Source of the DNA: Saprolegnia diclina VS20
Lineage: Eukaryota
Length of the DNA stretch: 62,184 bases
Assembly: GCF_000281045.1 (NCBI RefSeq)
Contig: NW_008246130.1
Location: 33,748-95,931, forward strand
Reading direction: 5' to 3'
Numbering within the stretch: position 1 is the stretch's first letter; each line of letters opens with the position of its first letter. The notes beneath the pieces were generated by a model. That model was not told where the DNA came from and did no database searches. It was given only the letters and a program-made list of their open reading frames with translations. Shown piece by piece: positions 47,174-58,162 of the stretch. The position numbers and the translations under genes are program-made.

Positions 47174-48679
47174 ATGTGGAGTCGCGCAGTCCATGGCCTC
47201 CGGCGCCACGCTGGCACGGCCTCGGCCGCGGCCGCCGGCGCCGGCGTCATGTTCGCCGCCATGAACATGGGCCCGACGCCCCTCATGGCGAACGAAGTCC
47301 CGCTCCGTGACACGACGCGTGGCATGCTCCGCGAAGTGCTCTCGAAGCTCAACCGCATCGAGAGCGCGGTCGCCAACCCCAAGCGCGATGGCCCCGGCGT
47401 CGACGTCGTCCTCGGTGCGCAGTGGGGCGATGAAGGCAAGGGCAAGCTCGTTGACATGCTCTCGCAAGAGTACGACGTGATTGCGCGTGTCGCCGGCGGT
47501 GCCAACGCCGGCCACACGATTGTCTGCAACGGCAAGAAGTACAAGTTCCATCTGGTGCCCAGCGGTGTCTTGAACGACAAGGCGGTCTGCGTCATTGGCA
47601 ACGGCGTTGTCGTGCACCTCCCGGCGCTCCTCAAGGAGCTCGAGATGCTCAAGGACGCTGGCGTCGACTGCGAAGGTCGCGTCCTCATCTCGGATCGTGC
47701 GCACATGGTGCTCGACTTGCACCAGGAAATTGACGGCCTCATGGAGAACCGCCGTGGCCGCAACAAGATTGGCACGACCAAGAAGGGCATCGGTCCGGCG
47801 TACTCGAGCAAGATGCTCCGCAACGGCGTCCGCGTTGGCGACCTTCGCTACTTTGACGACTTTGCCGACAAGATGCGTGCGCAGTTTACCTTTTACAAGG
47901 AGAACTACCCGGACCTCGACTTGGACGTCGAAGCCGAGATTGAGCGCTACCGCGTCCTCAAGGAGCAGATCCTCCCGATCACGATCGACTCGGTCGAGTA
48001 CCTCAACAAGGCATACGTCGCGGGCAAGAAGATCCTCGTCGAAGGCGCGAACGCGACGATGCTCGACATTGACTTTGGCACGTACCCGTACGTGACGTCG
48101 TCCAACCCGTCGATCGGCTCGATCTGCACGGGCGGCGGTATCTCGCCCAACCGCATCAACGGTATCATTGGTATTGTCAAGGCCTACTGCACGCGCGTCG
48201 GCGAGGGTCCGTTCCCGACCGAGCTCCACGACGACATTGGTGCGCACCTCGGGACCGTCGGCGCCGAGTTCGGCACGACGACCGGTCGTCCGCGCCGCTG
48301 CGGCTGGCTCGACATTCCCCAGATGAAGTACTCGAACCTCGTCAACGGCTTCACCGAGATCAACCTCACGAAGCTCGACGTGCTCACGGGCCTCAAGGAA
48401 GTCAAGATCGGCGTCGCCTACTGGCACAACGGCAAGAAGCTCTCGGGCATGCCGTCGAACCTCCAGCCGCTCGAAGAGTCGACGGTGCAGTACGAGACGC
48501 TCCCCGGCTGGTCCGAGGACATCTCCAAGTGCCGCACCTTTGAGGAGCTGCCTGTGAACGCGCAAAAGTACGTGCTTCGTGTCGAGGAGCTCCTCGGCAC
48601 GCACATCAAGTGGATCGGCGTCGGCCAGGACCGCTTGGACGTCATTGAGCGCGCCCGCCCCCTCCCCAAGACGGTCTAA
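47174..48679 (+). CDS. ADSS: Adenylosuccinate synthetase, intronless
   Basis: GAQWGDEGKGK; GGANAGHT; IGTTKKGIGPAY; EGANATMLDIDFGTYPYVTSS; EFGTTTGRPRRCGW. Confidence 0.98.
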   Translation: MWSRAVHGLRRHAGTASAAAAGAGVMFAAMNMGPTPLMANEVPLRDTTRGMLREVLSKLNRIESAVANPKRDGPGVDVVLGAQWGDEGKGKLVDMLSQEYDVIARVAGGANAGHTIVCNGKKYKFHLVPSGVLNDKAVCVIGNGVVVHLPALLKELEMLKDAGVDCEGRVLISDRAHMVLDLHQEIDGLMENRRGRNKIGTTKKGIGPAYSSKMLRNGVRVGDLRYFDDFADKMRAQFTFYKENYPDLDLDVEAEIERYRVLKEQILPITIDSVEYLNKAYVAGKKILVEGANATMLDIDFGTYPYVTSSNPSIGSICTGGGISPNRINGIIGIVKAYCTRVGEGPFPTELHDDIGAHLGTVGAEFGTTTGRPRRCGWLDIPQMKYSNLVNGFTEINLTKLDVLTGLKEVKIGVAYWHNGKKLSGMPSNLQPLEESTVQYETLPGWSEDISKCRTFEELPVNAQKYVLRVEELLGTHIKWIGVGQDRLDVIERARPLPKTV

Positions 48680-48941
48680 ACACCTTTCAATGATGGTGCA
48701 TGTGGTGACGATGAGGATGGACGAGAGCGCGATTCGCACAGCGCGCCGAAGACACTAGAGTGGCTTTCAAGTGCTGTTAAATCTATCTTATTATTGTTCC
48801 AACCATGTTGCTACATCACCTCGACACGCAGAGGCGTCATGACGCCGCTGACGCCAACGCTGTTCAACAACGAGGGTTAGGGTTTTTGCTAGGGTTGGGG
48901 TTTGGCTCCTCGAGCAAAACGCCCGATCGAGCCAGCAGTCA

Positions 48942-49944
48942 ATGCCCCCTGCCCGCGGCCCGCACAAGAAGCCAAAGGCGAAGAAGGCAGATGCGCCAAG
49001 AGCCGCGGCGATCGTCTCGGAGAACGTGTCGGCGTCGGTGCTCGCGGCGCGCGATGCCGAAAAGTGCATCGAGTACCTTCACGGCGCGCTGCGAAATGGC
49101 GGCTTTTGGGAGCCGGCGCCGCCGCTTGCGGGGTTTCTCTCGCTGCCGTTGCCGAGCTTTGAGCTCGGGCATATCGAGAGCAACGCCGTGTGGTGCACCG
49201 TGCTCGTGCTCGTGCACTGCATGACGACGCTGCTCGAGTACCACGCCGATTGGCGCCCGCTGGCCGAGAAGGCGCGCACTTGGCTCTTCGCCCAGCGCTT
49301 CTTCACCGCAGGCACGACGCAGCTCGTCAAGCGGGCGTGCTCGCTCTTTCCAAACGACGTCGACTACAAGGCGATGCTGGCGACCATCTTTGCGCGCGCG
49401 GGCGACGGGTCGGCCGACCAAGTGCCCGTTCAGCGCGGCAACTGGGTCGAGCTCGTGCTCGAGACGCCGCCGTACACCACGTACTACTGGAACCAAGTGA
49501 CGCGTGAGACGCGGTGGGAGCACCCGCTAGACCCGCATGTGTTGACGCCGGACGAGGTGGCAGCAGCGACGGCGGCCGCGGAGGCCAAGGCCGCCAAAGA
49601 CGACCACCTCGCCGCAGTGTTGCCGCAGCGCATCCGCATCAATCAAACTGCGTACATGGCCCCGCGCCCGACGGTACTTACGAAAATCGAAAGGACGACC
49701 GTCACAAGCGCTTATGTAGGAGTGCGAATCGTGCGGAAAAGGAGTCGTCGCCACCGTGCTCTGCGTCGCTTGTGACGAGTACGAGTGCGACGACTGCTGC
49801 GACGTCATTCATATGAACGTGCGCAAGGCCCACCATATTCAAGAGAGCTTTCGTTTCGTGTCGTGCTATGGCCGGAATGGGCTGCCGTACGTGCGGCCCA
49901 GTGCACGGGCCAAAGCGCTTCCGCCGCCGGCGTCAACCTCGTGA
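48942..49944 (+). CDS. Protein with vWA5A-C-terminal-like helical domain, WW domain and B-box zinc finger, 2 exons
   Basis: WW: GNWVEL...YYWNQVTRETRWEHP; after intron ~49674-49719: CESC...LCVACDEYECDDCCDVIH...HH. Confidence 0.7.
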
Positions 49945-50030
49945 TGGAAGTCGACTCGGATAGAGCAGACAGGAGAGAAGGGACAGCAGAACGAACGGGT
50001 CGTGCGTACCTAAGAAGCAACATAATTGAA

Positions 50031-50347
50031 ATGACCGCCTGCCTCCACCACGAAGCGGGGCTGCCGCCGCTCCAGGTCGCGACTGCCAAAGTGCACACCG
50101 ACATGTCATACCAGTGCTATGTGCGTCTCCAGAAGGTCCTTCCCTGCCTGATTGCGCTCTTTATCGGTAGCATAAAGACTCTCTTGATGTTCTAGCTCAT
50201 ACCTTGGTGCTCTTAGTGCTGCTCGTGACGGCTGTCTTATACGGCGTCTTGACACCGGAGACTACGACCTCGCCGACGCCACTCCCGACGGTCTTTCTCT
50301 TGCCTGCGCGTAGCTACCCGCTGCTTCGCCAAACGTTCTACCCTTAG
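50031..50347 (+). CDS. Possible small single-TM protein (needs a 29-nt intron, 50167-50195)
   Basis: Splicing yields MTACLHH...VLPCLIALFIAHTLVLLVLLVTAVLYGVL...; the intron is unusually short. Confidence 0.25.
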
Positions 50348-50420
50348 CTACCACGGAGCGACTCCGCGCTAAAATAAGAAGCTTGTATCCGCAAATTCTT
50401 CTAGCAACTTATCGGGAGGA

Positions 50421-50768
50421 CTAGGACCGAGGCCAGTAGAGCATGACGAGGACGCCGGCAAAGGCGATGGACGCGCCGACCCAGTCGCCAACGTCGGGTT
50501 TGACGCCAGCGACAACCCAGCCCCAGAGAAGACTCAGTAGAATAAAGTAGCCTCCATAGACTGCGTAGAGCCGGCCAAAGTCGATTGTCTGCAACGTCTG
50601 GGCCCAGCCGTACGCCACGAGCGCGATGGACCCGAGGACGGCGTACGCAATGTACGTGGCGGACGCCTTCTCGCTCTGCTTGGCGTAGACCCACACGCCG
50701 TAGCCGCCACCGATCTCGAGCACGCCCGCGAGCAGGAACAGCAGCGTCTCCCTCAGCACCGGTTGCAT
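50421..50768 (-). CDS. ynfA: YnfA/UPF0060 family small membrane protein (SMR-like)
   Basis: LAGVLEIGGGY.VW; FGRLYAVYGGYFILLSLLWGWVV.G.KPD..DW.GA.I...G; 115 aa, intronless. Confidence 0.9.
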   Translation of the reverse strand: MQPVLRETLLFLLAGVLEIGGGYGVWVYAKQSEKASATYIAYAVLGSIALVAYGWAQTLQTIDFGRLYAVYGGYFILLSLLWGWVVAGVKPDVGDWVGASIAFAGVLVMLYWPRS

Positions 50769-51428
50769 TGTCCAACTTGGCGCGATCGAATATGATTTCG
50801 ACTAACCTGCATGTTTCCATGTACTTTAGTCGACTTGACCTTTGTCCCAAAAACCCTTCCCAGATGTCCTGCGTTCTCAAACCTGGCACTCTCACTCCTT
50901 GGGACCCCACACGATATTGGAGCGCGCCAACGCATCAACCAAAATGCCAGTCAGTGGCCCTCCTACGCTAATAGGTTATTAGTCATTGCAGGCAGCCGCT
51001 TGTTTCGCCACTACGATACCGGTAACAAGGCCGTGTCGACCTCCGTCGACGGTGTCTCGCCGCCAGCATCTCTTCATCAGTCGTAGCAAATCTAGCTCAT
51101 ACCGATATACTGTACGCAGGGATGTATCCAGTGCACTGTGCTCGTACAAGTAAGCTTAGTTGAGCCAACCACACAACCAGCAATGCTTCGCACTCTCGTC
51201 GACCAGCGCTCGAATGGATGGGACAAATGGGGCAAACCCCGGTTTAGTCAAAATATCCGGATACCCAAGGGTGGTATCCGTATTTAACGGACTTAATCAG
51301 TGCCAAGCGTACTTAGGGTGGATTGCTTTTCGCGTCCAATCGGTGGCGGGGAACGCGCAGCCAGTCAAGTGGCTTTGGGCTTCAAATGCTTGGGTCATTA
51401 TTGCTCTAGTAAACACCAAGTAAGAAGC

Positions 51429-52100
51429 ATGTCGTCTGCTAAGATTGTCAAGCCCGCCGGCCAGGTCGCCGATGACTTCGAGAAGCAGGTCGCCCACGAA
51501 CTCGCCGCCCTCGAGAACTCGTCGGCCGACATCAAGGCTGACTTGAAGGACCTCTACATCACGGCCGCCAAGCAGGTCGATGTTGTCGGCGGCCGCAAGG
51601 CCATCGTCATCTTCGTGCCGTTCCGCCTCCTCAAGAGCTTCAACAAGATCCAGGCGCGCCTCGTCCGCGAACTCGAGAAGAAGTTCTCGGGCCGCCACGT
51701 CGTCATCATTGCCCAGCGCACGATCCTCGGCAAGGGCCACTCGCGCAGCGCCCACACGTCGGCCCCCCGCGCCCGCTCGCGCACGCTCACGTCGGTCCAG
51801 GACGCCATCCTTGACGTACGTACCCATCGCCGATCTTGTCTATTCGATGGTGGCCTCTGGGGGTTCGCCTTCCCATGCCCAATACTGATGGTTGCACTCT
51901 TCCTATAGGACCTTGTCTACCCCACGGAGATCGTCGGCAAGCGCACGCGCTGCAAGCTCGACGGCACGAAGCTCCTCAAGGTCTTCCTCGACCCCAAGGA
52001 CCAGGTCAACGTTGAGACCAAGCTCGACACGTTCGCCACGGTCTACAAGAAGTTGACCAACAAGGAAGTCGTCTTCGAGTTCCCCGTCCAGCAGGAGTAA
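51429..52100 (+). CDS. RPS7: 40S ribosomal protein S7 (eS7), 2 exons
   Basis: [33 protein letters not shown]; intron 51816-51908; [12 protein letters not shown]...[14 protein letters not shown]. Confidence 0.97.
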
Positions 52101-52485
52101 GTTAATAGGCGTCGTACGGTGGCGCCACGCCGCTCGGGTGCTCTCGTAGCAGTCGAGCGACGCGGCCCACCGAATGATTCTTACTTAGTTTGAGCAAACA
52201 CCACCAATATAACTCTTGTTATACTATGATACACGCTTGCCTTCGTCGGCAAAGGCTACATACGGCACCACCAGTCCTGGATACAAGCATGGCATGGTGC
52301 CCAGAGGTAGTCGATTGACAAAGCTCGCACTTGCATATCCACCACGCCTTGACATGCAACCAAACCAGCTCCGGATGACACCGCGTGAAATGGCATGGCT
52401 CGCGTGTTCCAGTCTTGGACCTGCAGAGCTCAAATGTTGGATATCCATGTACGAGGACGCAATCGCTTAGCTCATTAGTTGACCG

Positions 52486-52725
52486 CTATCGCCCTTCGTC
52501 GTCGACAAGCGAGTGGTACATGAGCGATATCTGGTCGACGCCATCTCGCCGGAGCGCGTCCATGATGTCGAGGAGCGGGACGCAGGTCGCGCGCGGGGCC
52601 ATCGCGGCCATGCGGCGGCCGGGCCCGGCGATCTTGGTGAAGTCCGCCTTGAGCGTGCTGGAAGCGTTCGGGTGTCGTCGCATGAAGCGCGCCGATCGCG
52701 CGATTCCTCGGCGCATGTGAAACAT
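52486..52725 (-). CDS. Small hypothetical protein with Arg-rich, presequence-like N-terminus
   Basis: MFHMRRGIARSARFMRR...SLVDDEGR; coding-like codon usage; TCCGGA motif upstream. Confidence 0.4.
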   Translation of the reverse strand: MFHMRRGIARSARFMRRHPNASSTLKADFTKIAGPGRRMAAMAPRATCVPLLDIMDALRRDGVDQISLMYHSLVDDEGR

Positions 52726-52883
52726 GGTCGCGCAGCAAGATGGGATCTCTCCGCCACCAGGTTGGCCCACCTCTCCGGATACAGGATTCTTATCCGGGAT
52801 CCTCGCCGAACTGGTTGCAGCAGCAATCGATTGACCCTCGGAGGCCGGCAACAAACTGGCAAATCGCAACATGTCTTACGTGC

Positions 52884-53396
52884 TTATGAGCGGAACGAGT
52901 CGTTGTTGGAGGCTTTCGACGAGAGCGGCGACGAGGTCGACTTGGAGAGCGTCGAGCGCGGGCCCGAGCCGCTACTGCTGCTGCTGGAGCCATGGGGCAC
53001 TGCATACTCCTTCGCCGCCTGGACAATCTGGCGCGTGAGCTTGCGGTCTTCTTTGAGCTTGACGATTTTTTCCTCTTTTCGCGCTTCGTTCAAGGCGGCG
53101 TGGCGACGGAGCTGGACGCGACGCCGGATTTCGTCTTCTTCGCGTTGCTTGGCGAGCTCGGCTTTTTCCGCGAGCTTGAACTCTTGCTGAATGATCGAGA
53201 GCTTCGCCTTGTGCTTGTCCGGGTCGATGACGCGCCCTGTCTTGTCAATGAGGCCCACTTCGTGCAAGTGGCTCTGGAGCTTTTGGTTTTCGAAAAAGTG
53301 GCGCAAATTCTGGTCCGCGAGCGCATTGTACTCGGGGAGTTTCTGGTTGTGCGTGTTTGTATCGAAGCCCATTTCACGTCGCTTCATCTTGGACAT
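52884..53396 (-). CDS. ERICH3-N-terminal-like (probably ciliary) coiled-coil protein
   Basis: LPEYNALADQNLRHFF...HLHEVGLIDKTGRVI matches the YN.L.D.HL..YF...HL...GLI...G.I motif. Confidence 0.6.
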   Translation of the reverse strand: MSKMKRREMGFDTNTHNQKLPEYNALADQNLRHFFENQKLQSHLHEVGLIDKTGRVIDPDKHKAKLSIIQQEFKLAEKAELAKQREEDEIRRRVQLRRHAALNEARKEEKIVKLKEDRKLTRQIVQAAKEYAVPHGSSSSSSGSGPRSTLSKSTSSPLSSKASNNDSFRS

Positions 53397-53961
53397 GGGC
53401 GGGGTCTACGCAAAGCAGTATCCGCATCAGCCGCTTGAAGCTTCCTATCGTCGCTTACATTAGCAGTCGTGAACCAAAATGCACTTCAACGCCAAATGCG
53501 CGCTAAATTTAGGAGCGCGGGTCACTTCAACGTCGCACTTAGGGGAATCGATCGACTAAGGTCACGTCCGCATTGATAGCTTGCATGCAACACCCGTATC
53601 GCCCCTGCGTATGGACCGCACAAAGCTGTAGCCCATGGAAAAACGAGAGTGTACTTGGTGCTGTGGGCGACAAGCCAGTGGACGCTACACTGTTTAGGAC
53701 GACGTGTGGGGCTGTGAGCCCTTGCACGTGGCAGGCGCGGGTGCCACTACCTCGCACTTAAACGAGCACGCATCTTAAAGAAGAGATACCACAAAGGATC
53801 GGCGCACTTAAGTGGTATATTGTAGTTTGTATGTAGTGGCCAGAGATATCCGGCGTCCGGATAGTTATACTGAAACCGAGAGAACATTATCCGGATGAAA
53901 TCGTCACTTGCGAGAGAACCGGCAAAGCTCGATTCCCCTCGAAAGTACACAGCAAGACAGA

Positions 53962-54484
53962 ATGGACGTGTTCGACGTTACCCCGACCCACGCCGCCTAC
54001 GCGTACGTCGTCGCCATGGCCGAGGAAGAGCGATGGCTCATGGGCTCCATGATGATGTAGCGAGTTCCAGGCCGAGTACGAGCGCAAGATCCAAGAGACC
54101 GCGCTCGAGCACGCCAAGGTCGCGGAAGAGAACCGCGCCAAGGCCTTTGAGGTCATGGAGCAGTTCAAGGCCGAGCGCGAGCGCCTCCGTGAGGCCAAGA
54201 TCCTCGCCAACCGCACGCAGGAGCAGGCTGCGGTCGAGAAGCTCGAGGCCGATATGGTGAGCCCCAACCCGTGGGAGCGCGTCGTGACGCTGGTCGAGCT
54301 CGAGTCGATCAAGGCCAAGCACGCGAAGCGCGCGGCCGCCGAGGCCCGCGCCCGTGGCGACAAGCCCGAGGAGAAGAAGCACATTGACTCGGAGGAAGTC
54401 GACGTGACGCGCATGAAGCAGATTTTCCTCCAGCTCAAGCAGGAGCCGCTCGACGCGACGCGTGCCTTCAACGCGGCGGCGTAA
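53962..54484 (+). CDS. CLC: Clathrin light chain, 2 exons
   Basis: Intron 54003-54060; helical core ending ANR..E; NPWERVVTLVE; DVTRMKQIFLQLK. Confidence 0.85.
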
Positions 54485-54521
54485 GATGACATATAGGCCA
54501 ATACATGACTGTAGTTAGTAT

Positions 54522-57139
54522 CTATTCCGATGTCTCCATCTTGGCGAGCACTTCCTTGGTGCTCTGCTTGAGGATCTTCTTGATGTCCTTTAGCACTTGA
54601 TTGCCGTCCAACGACACTTCATCTTCAAAGACGTCCTGGAACCGGAAGAAGATGTCGTTCACGACGTCCTTGAAGAGCTCGCCGACGTTCGCTGACGACG
54701 ACGACGGGCCTGACGACGTCAGCAGCTCTTGGGCTTCCCGGCGCAGCTCCTCGGCTTCCTCGAGGGCGGTCGCGGCCGCGTCTTCCTTGGCCGCGGCTGC
54801 CGCCAACCGTGCGTCGGTCGAGGCGCACGTCGCGCAGGCACCGTCCGGGAGGGGCCCGCCCGGCAAGTCGCGCAGTTGAGCCTCGAGCGCTTGAACCTAC
54901 CGCCCGAGTTGCAACGTTATCCTTTCGATATACAGATGTAGTACCTGGTCGGTGAGTGCGCGCACTTCCTGCTCGCGCGCCGAGGCCGTGAATGTTTGGA
55001 GCTCCTCGAGTTCGGTGATGCGCTGCATGCGAAGGCTCTTCTCGGCTTCGAGGTTGGCGACTTCAGCAGCGTGCGCGCTGTTGGCGGTCTTGAGCCGGGC
55101 CACGTCGGTCTGCAGCGCCTCGTAGTGGTCGCGGAGCTCGTCGTACGCGGCTTGGAGGTCGTTGTTCACAGGCGGAGCCGACCACGTGGCCTATACTCGT
55201 CTGAGCGGCACATACGGTATGTCATCGTGACACCTTTTCAGCCTCAAAGGCCGCATAGAGACCGTCGATCTCTTGTTTGTGGGTCTCGGCGGCCTGCGCC
55301 AACGCGCGCTCGAGGCTGAGCTTTTGCGAGTGGACTTCCGACTCGTGGAGCGACGTCAAGTTGGCGGTTTGCTTCTTGAGGAGGCCAACTTCTTGCTCGA
55401 GCATCGAGCGCGCCATTGTCTCGTGCTTGAGCGCCGTCTCGGCGCGGATGCGCGCGTCCTTCTCAAAGGTCAGCTCTTGTTCGCGTGTCTCCGAGTCGGC
55501 TACAGAGTCCCCTTAGCATATCTCGTCATATGGGCAACGTACACGTCGACTGCTGCTTTTGGTAAAACGCGTAGCGCAACTGCTGTACTTCTTGGTGCAA
55601 CCGGCTGGCTTGCGTGAGTGCCGCATCCCGCGCCGCGGCCAAGTTGGCGGCCTCGGCTTGCTGCAGCGAAAGCTGGTCCTTCCACTGCGCCTTCTCCGCG
55701 TGGAGCTTGGCGACCGCCCGCTGCGCTTCGTCGTACTTGGACTCGTAGCTCTGGAACTGCTGGTTTTGGAGGTTGAGCTGGCTCAAGAGTCGGTCGTTCT
55801 CGCCCACGAGCCGCTCGACACCGCGGAGGGTGCTCGTCGCATCGTTGAGGCCGAGAAGACTCGATGACGATGACGCGTTGGCATTCGGCGCAATGCGAAT
55901 CAAATGGTCGACCTTGGTGTGCAGTTCCATGAGCATGAGGTCGAGGGGCTTTCCGCCGGTCGCGACGGGCGGCGCCATGGCCCACGGTTGGTACCCGGCG
56001 GTCGGCGGCGGCATGTACGGAGATGCATACATACTCGGCGGCATCGCATACGGAGACCCATTCGATGGCGGCGGCATGCTGCTTTGCGCCGCCTCTTTTT
56101 TTAGTTCGGCGATCTTGGCTTCCATGTCCTTGAGGGCTTGGCGCTGCGTCTCGAGCGCCGACGTCGTGTCGTCCGCGTACGGCACGAGGTCCCGCGCGGG
56201 CGGCGCGCTCGTCGACGCCGGTGCCGGCGTTGGGTCAGCGGCGGGCGCAGGTGTCGAAGGGGCAGTTGCCCGACGGCGCGGCGGCGCCTCGTCACCTCGC
56301 TCCGACTTGATCTTGAGCACCTCGATCTGCAAGATGTACCAGTCCTTCCCATTGGTCTTTGCGGGCGGGGCCAGCAGGATGCGCGACCCGGCCTTCTTCA
56401 TGCCAAGCGTGCCTTCTTCCAGCGCAGCGATGCGCTCGGCCTTGTCGCCAATGCGGAACTTGCGCATGTCGCTTGTGGACGTCGCCTTCTCAAAGGGCGG
56501 GTACTTTGTCACGACGTCGAGCGGCGAGCAGCCCGCGTTGCCGACGATGCGCCAGACGCTAAAGGCGACACCGACCGTGTCGCCGTCAGCAATCACGCGG
56601 CCATCGATCGCCGAGAGCTCTTCCTTGGTGAGCGCATCGGCCGCGATCGCGCCAAACTGGCCTTGGCCCCAGATGCCCACGTGGATCTTTGTGAGGAAGA
56701 GCGTCCGAATGAACGACTGCGCATCGGTCTCGGATGCGAACCGCGCCGAGTAGTTGTCGCCGACCGCGTCGTACAGGTTGACGTACCCGTTGGCTTGCAG
56801 CGTCGCGCGGAAGGTCGTCGTGACGGGCGAGAGTGAGATCTGCTCCTTCTGCGTCTTGTAAAAGAGCACCGAGTACGTGGCATTGCTGCCGAGAATGACG
56901 CAGCCCACATTCGGGTAGCTCGCCGCATACTCCTTCTTGATGAGGTCGTACTTGTGGAGCTGGACGGCGGCGCTAAAGATAATGGTCGGCGCCTCGCCGC
57001 CCGACGAAGATGGCGCTGCCGCCGCCGGAGCCGCGGCCGCCTTGGTCGGCTCCTTGGGCGCGCTGTAGCGCAGCGCGTCGTTGCTGGCGTCGCCGCCCCC
57101 CGTCGTGAAGATTCCTTGCAGTCGCGCGCGGGCCTCCAT
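54522..57139 (-). CDS. FKBP15: FKBP15 ortholog-like protein, multi-exon
   Basis: ARLQGIF...NDALRYSAPKEP (cf. FKBP15 ARLASLF...FQYTAPKQP); YVNLYD..NYSARF.SE; GDTVGV; LEEGTLGMKKAGSRILLAPP; coiled coil; FKDVVNDIFF...KILKQ. Confidence 0.8.
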
Positions 57140-58162
57140 CGTGTCCGGCTTGTCCGGCTTGGAGGATGATGGTACTTGCCAAGTGACTTTTTTTCCGGAC
57201 ACGATCCGGATATTGTGATCCGCAAGATCTTGTTTTTGTGCATGTCAAAAGCGACCTGCTTGCGGGCGCGAACGCGGTCCTTCTTGTTCCAGGCTGTGCT
57301 GCGCTTGCCAATTTGTACAAGATAAGACTCAAGTCTTATTTCCCTTGATAAGACTCGACCATCAGCGCCTAATCCTCGTCCGTCTGAACGCATTTGGGGT
57401 TGATGCAAGCACTTCTGACCATCGCGACTCGCTCTGGGCCTCTTTAGAGTGCCTGGCTCCGTGACGGTATCTCTCCTCTTGACAATGCCACCGTCGTTGC
57501 CGACGGCCCTGTATAAAGTGTGCTCGTTTGGCTCTACACGGTAATAGCTGCACCCCGCATTTCGCCTCGTTCGCAGCCGTCCACACGACACCACCGACTC
57601 GACCACCTCGAGCACGGTGGATATATATATATAAAGGGTGCAAGGGCGAGGTTCATGAGCAAGCTCCAGCACACCAGCTTTCGTCGAATGGCTCGGTTTG
57701 CCGCCTTGGAGCCAGCGCCTCTTCGGCTTCACTTGTCGAGGCTGCTGGCAAGATACATTCGCTTGGACGTAACACCCTTCGCACCCCGAGGCTGGACGTC
57801 CACACATTTGTTGGTGCGCTGCCGACTACAAACGTTAGTAGGCTTTGTACGACATGTCTACTAAGGTAGCAGTAGTACACGTATGGCCACCGGGCGCTGC
57901 GACACGGACCCGTGTATGTCACCAGCGGTGTTCTTCGACAAAAGCGACAATGCAGTCGTCTTGCAGTACCTTGCACCAAGTGTCGCGACGACACGTCTCT
58001 TGCGGCGAGGGGCGTCGGACAGACTCGACGGAGGAGGAACGACAGTGAACTCGTGCTTCTTAATTCCTAGTCGAGGGCACGTAATTCCTAGTCGAAATAG
58101 CAATCGCCAGTAGGAGCGAGGGTGTGTTGCGCCACGTCTGCCGTTGCGTCGGTTTGGAGCGA

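Noticed and set aside
47165..48739. 524-aa minus-strand ORF
   Set aside because: Antisense shadow of ADSS
58061..58095. TAATTCCTAGTCGA direct repeat resembling the end of the 33-kb hairpin
   Set aside because: Only the short CTAGTCGA(G) core is shared; likely a local duplication
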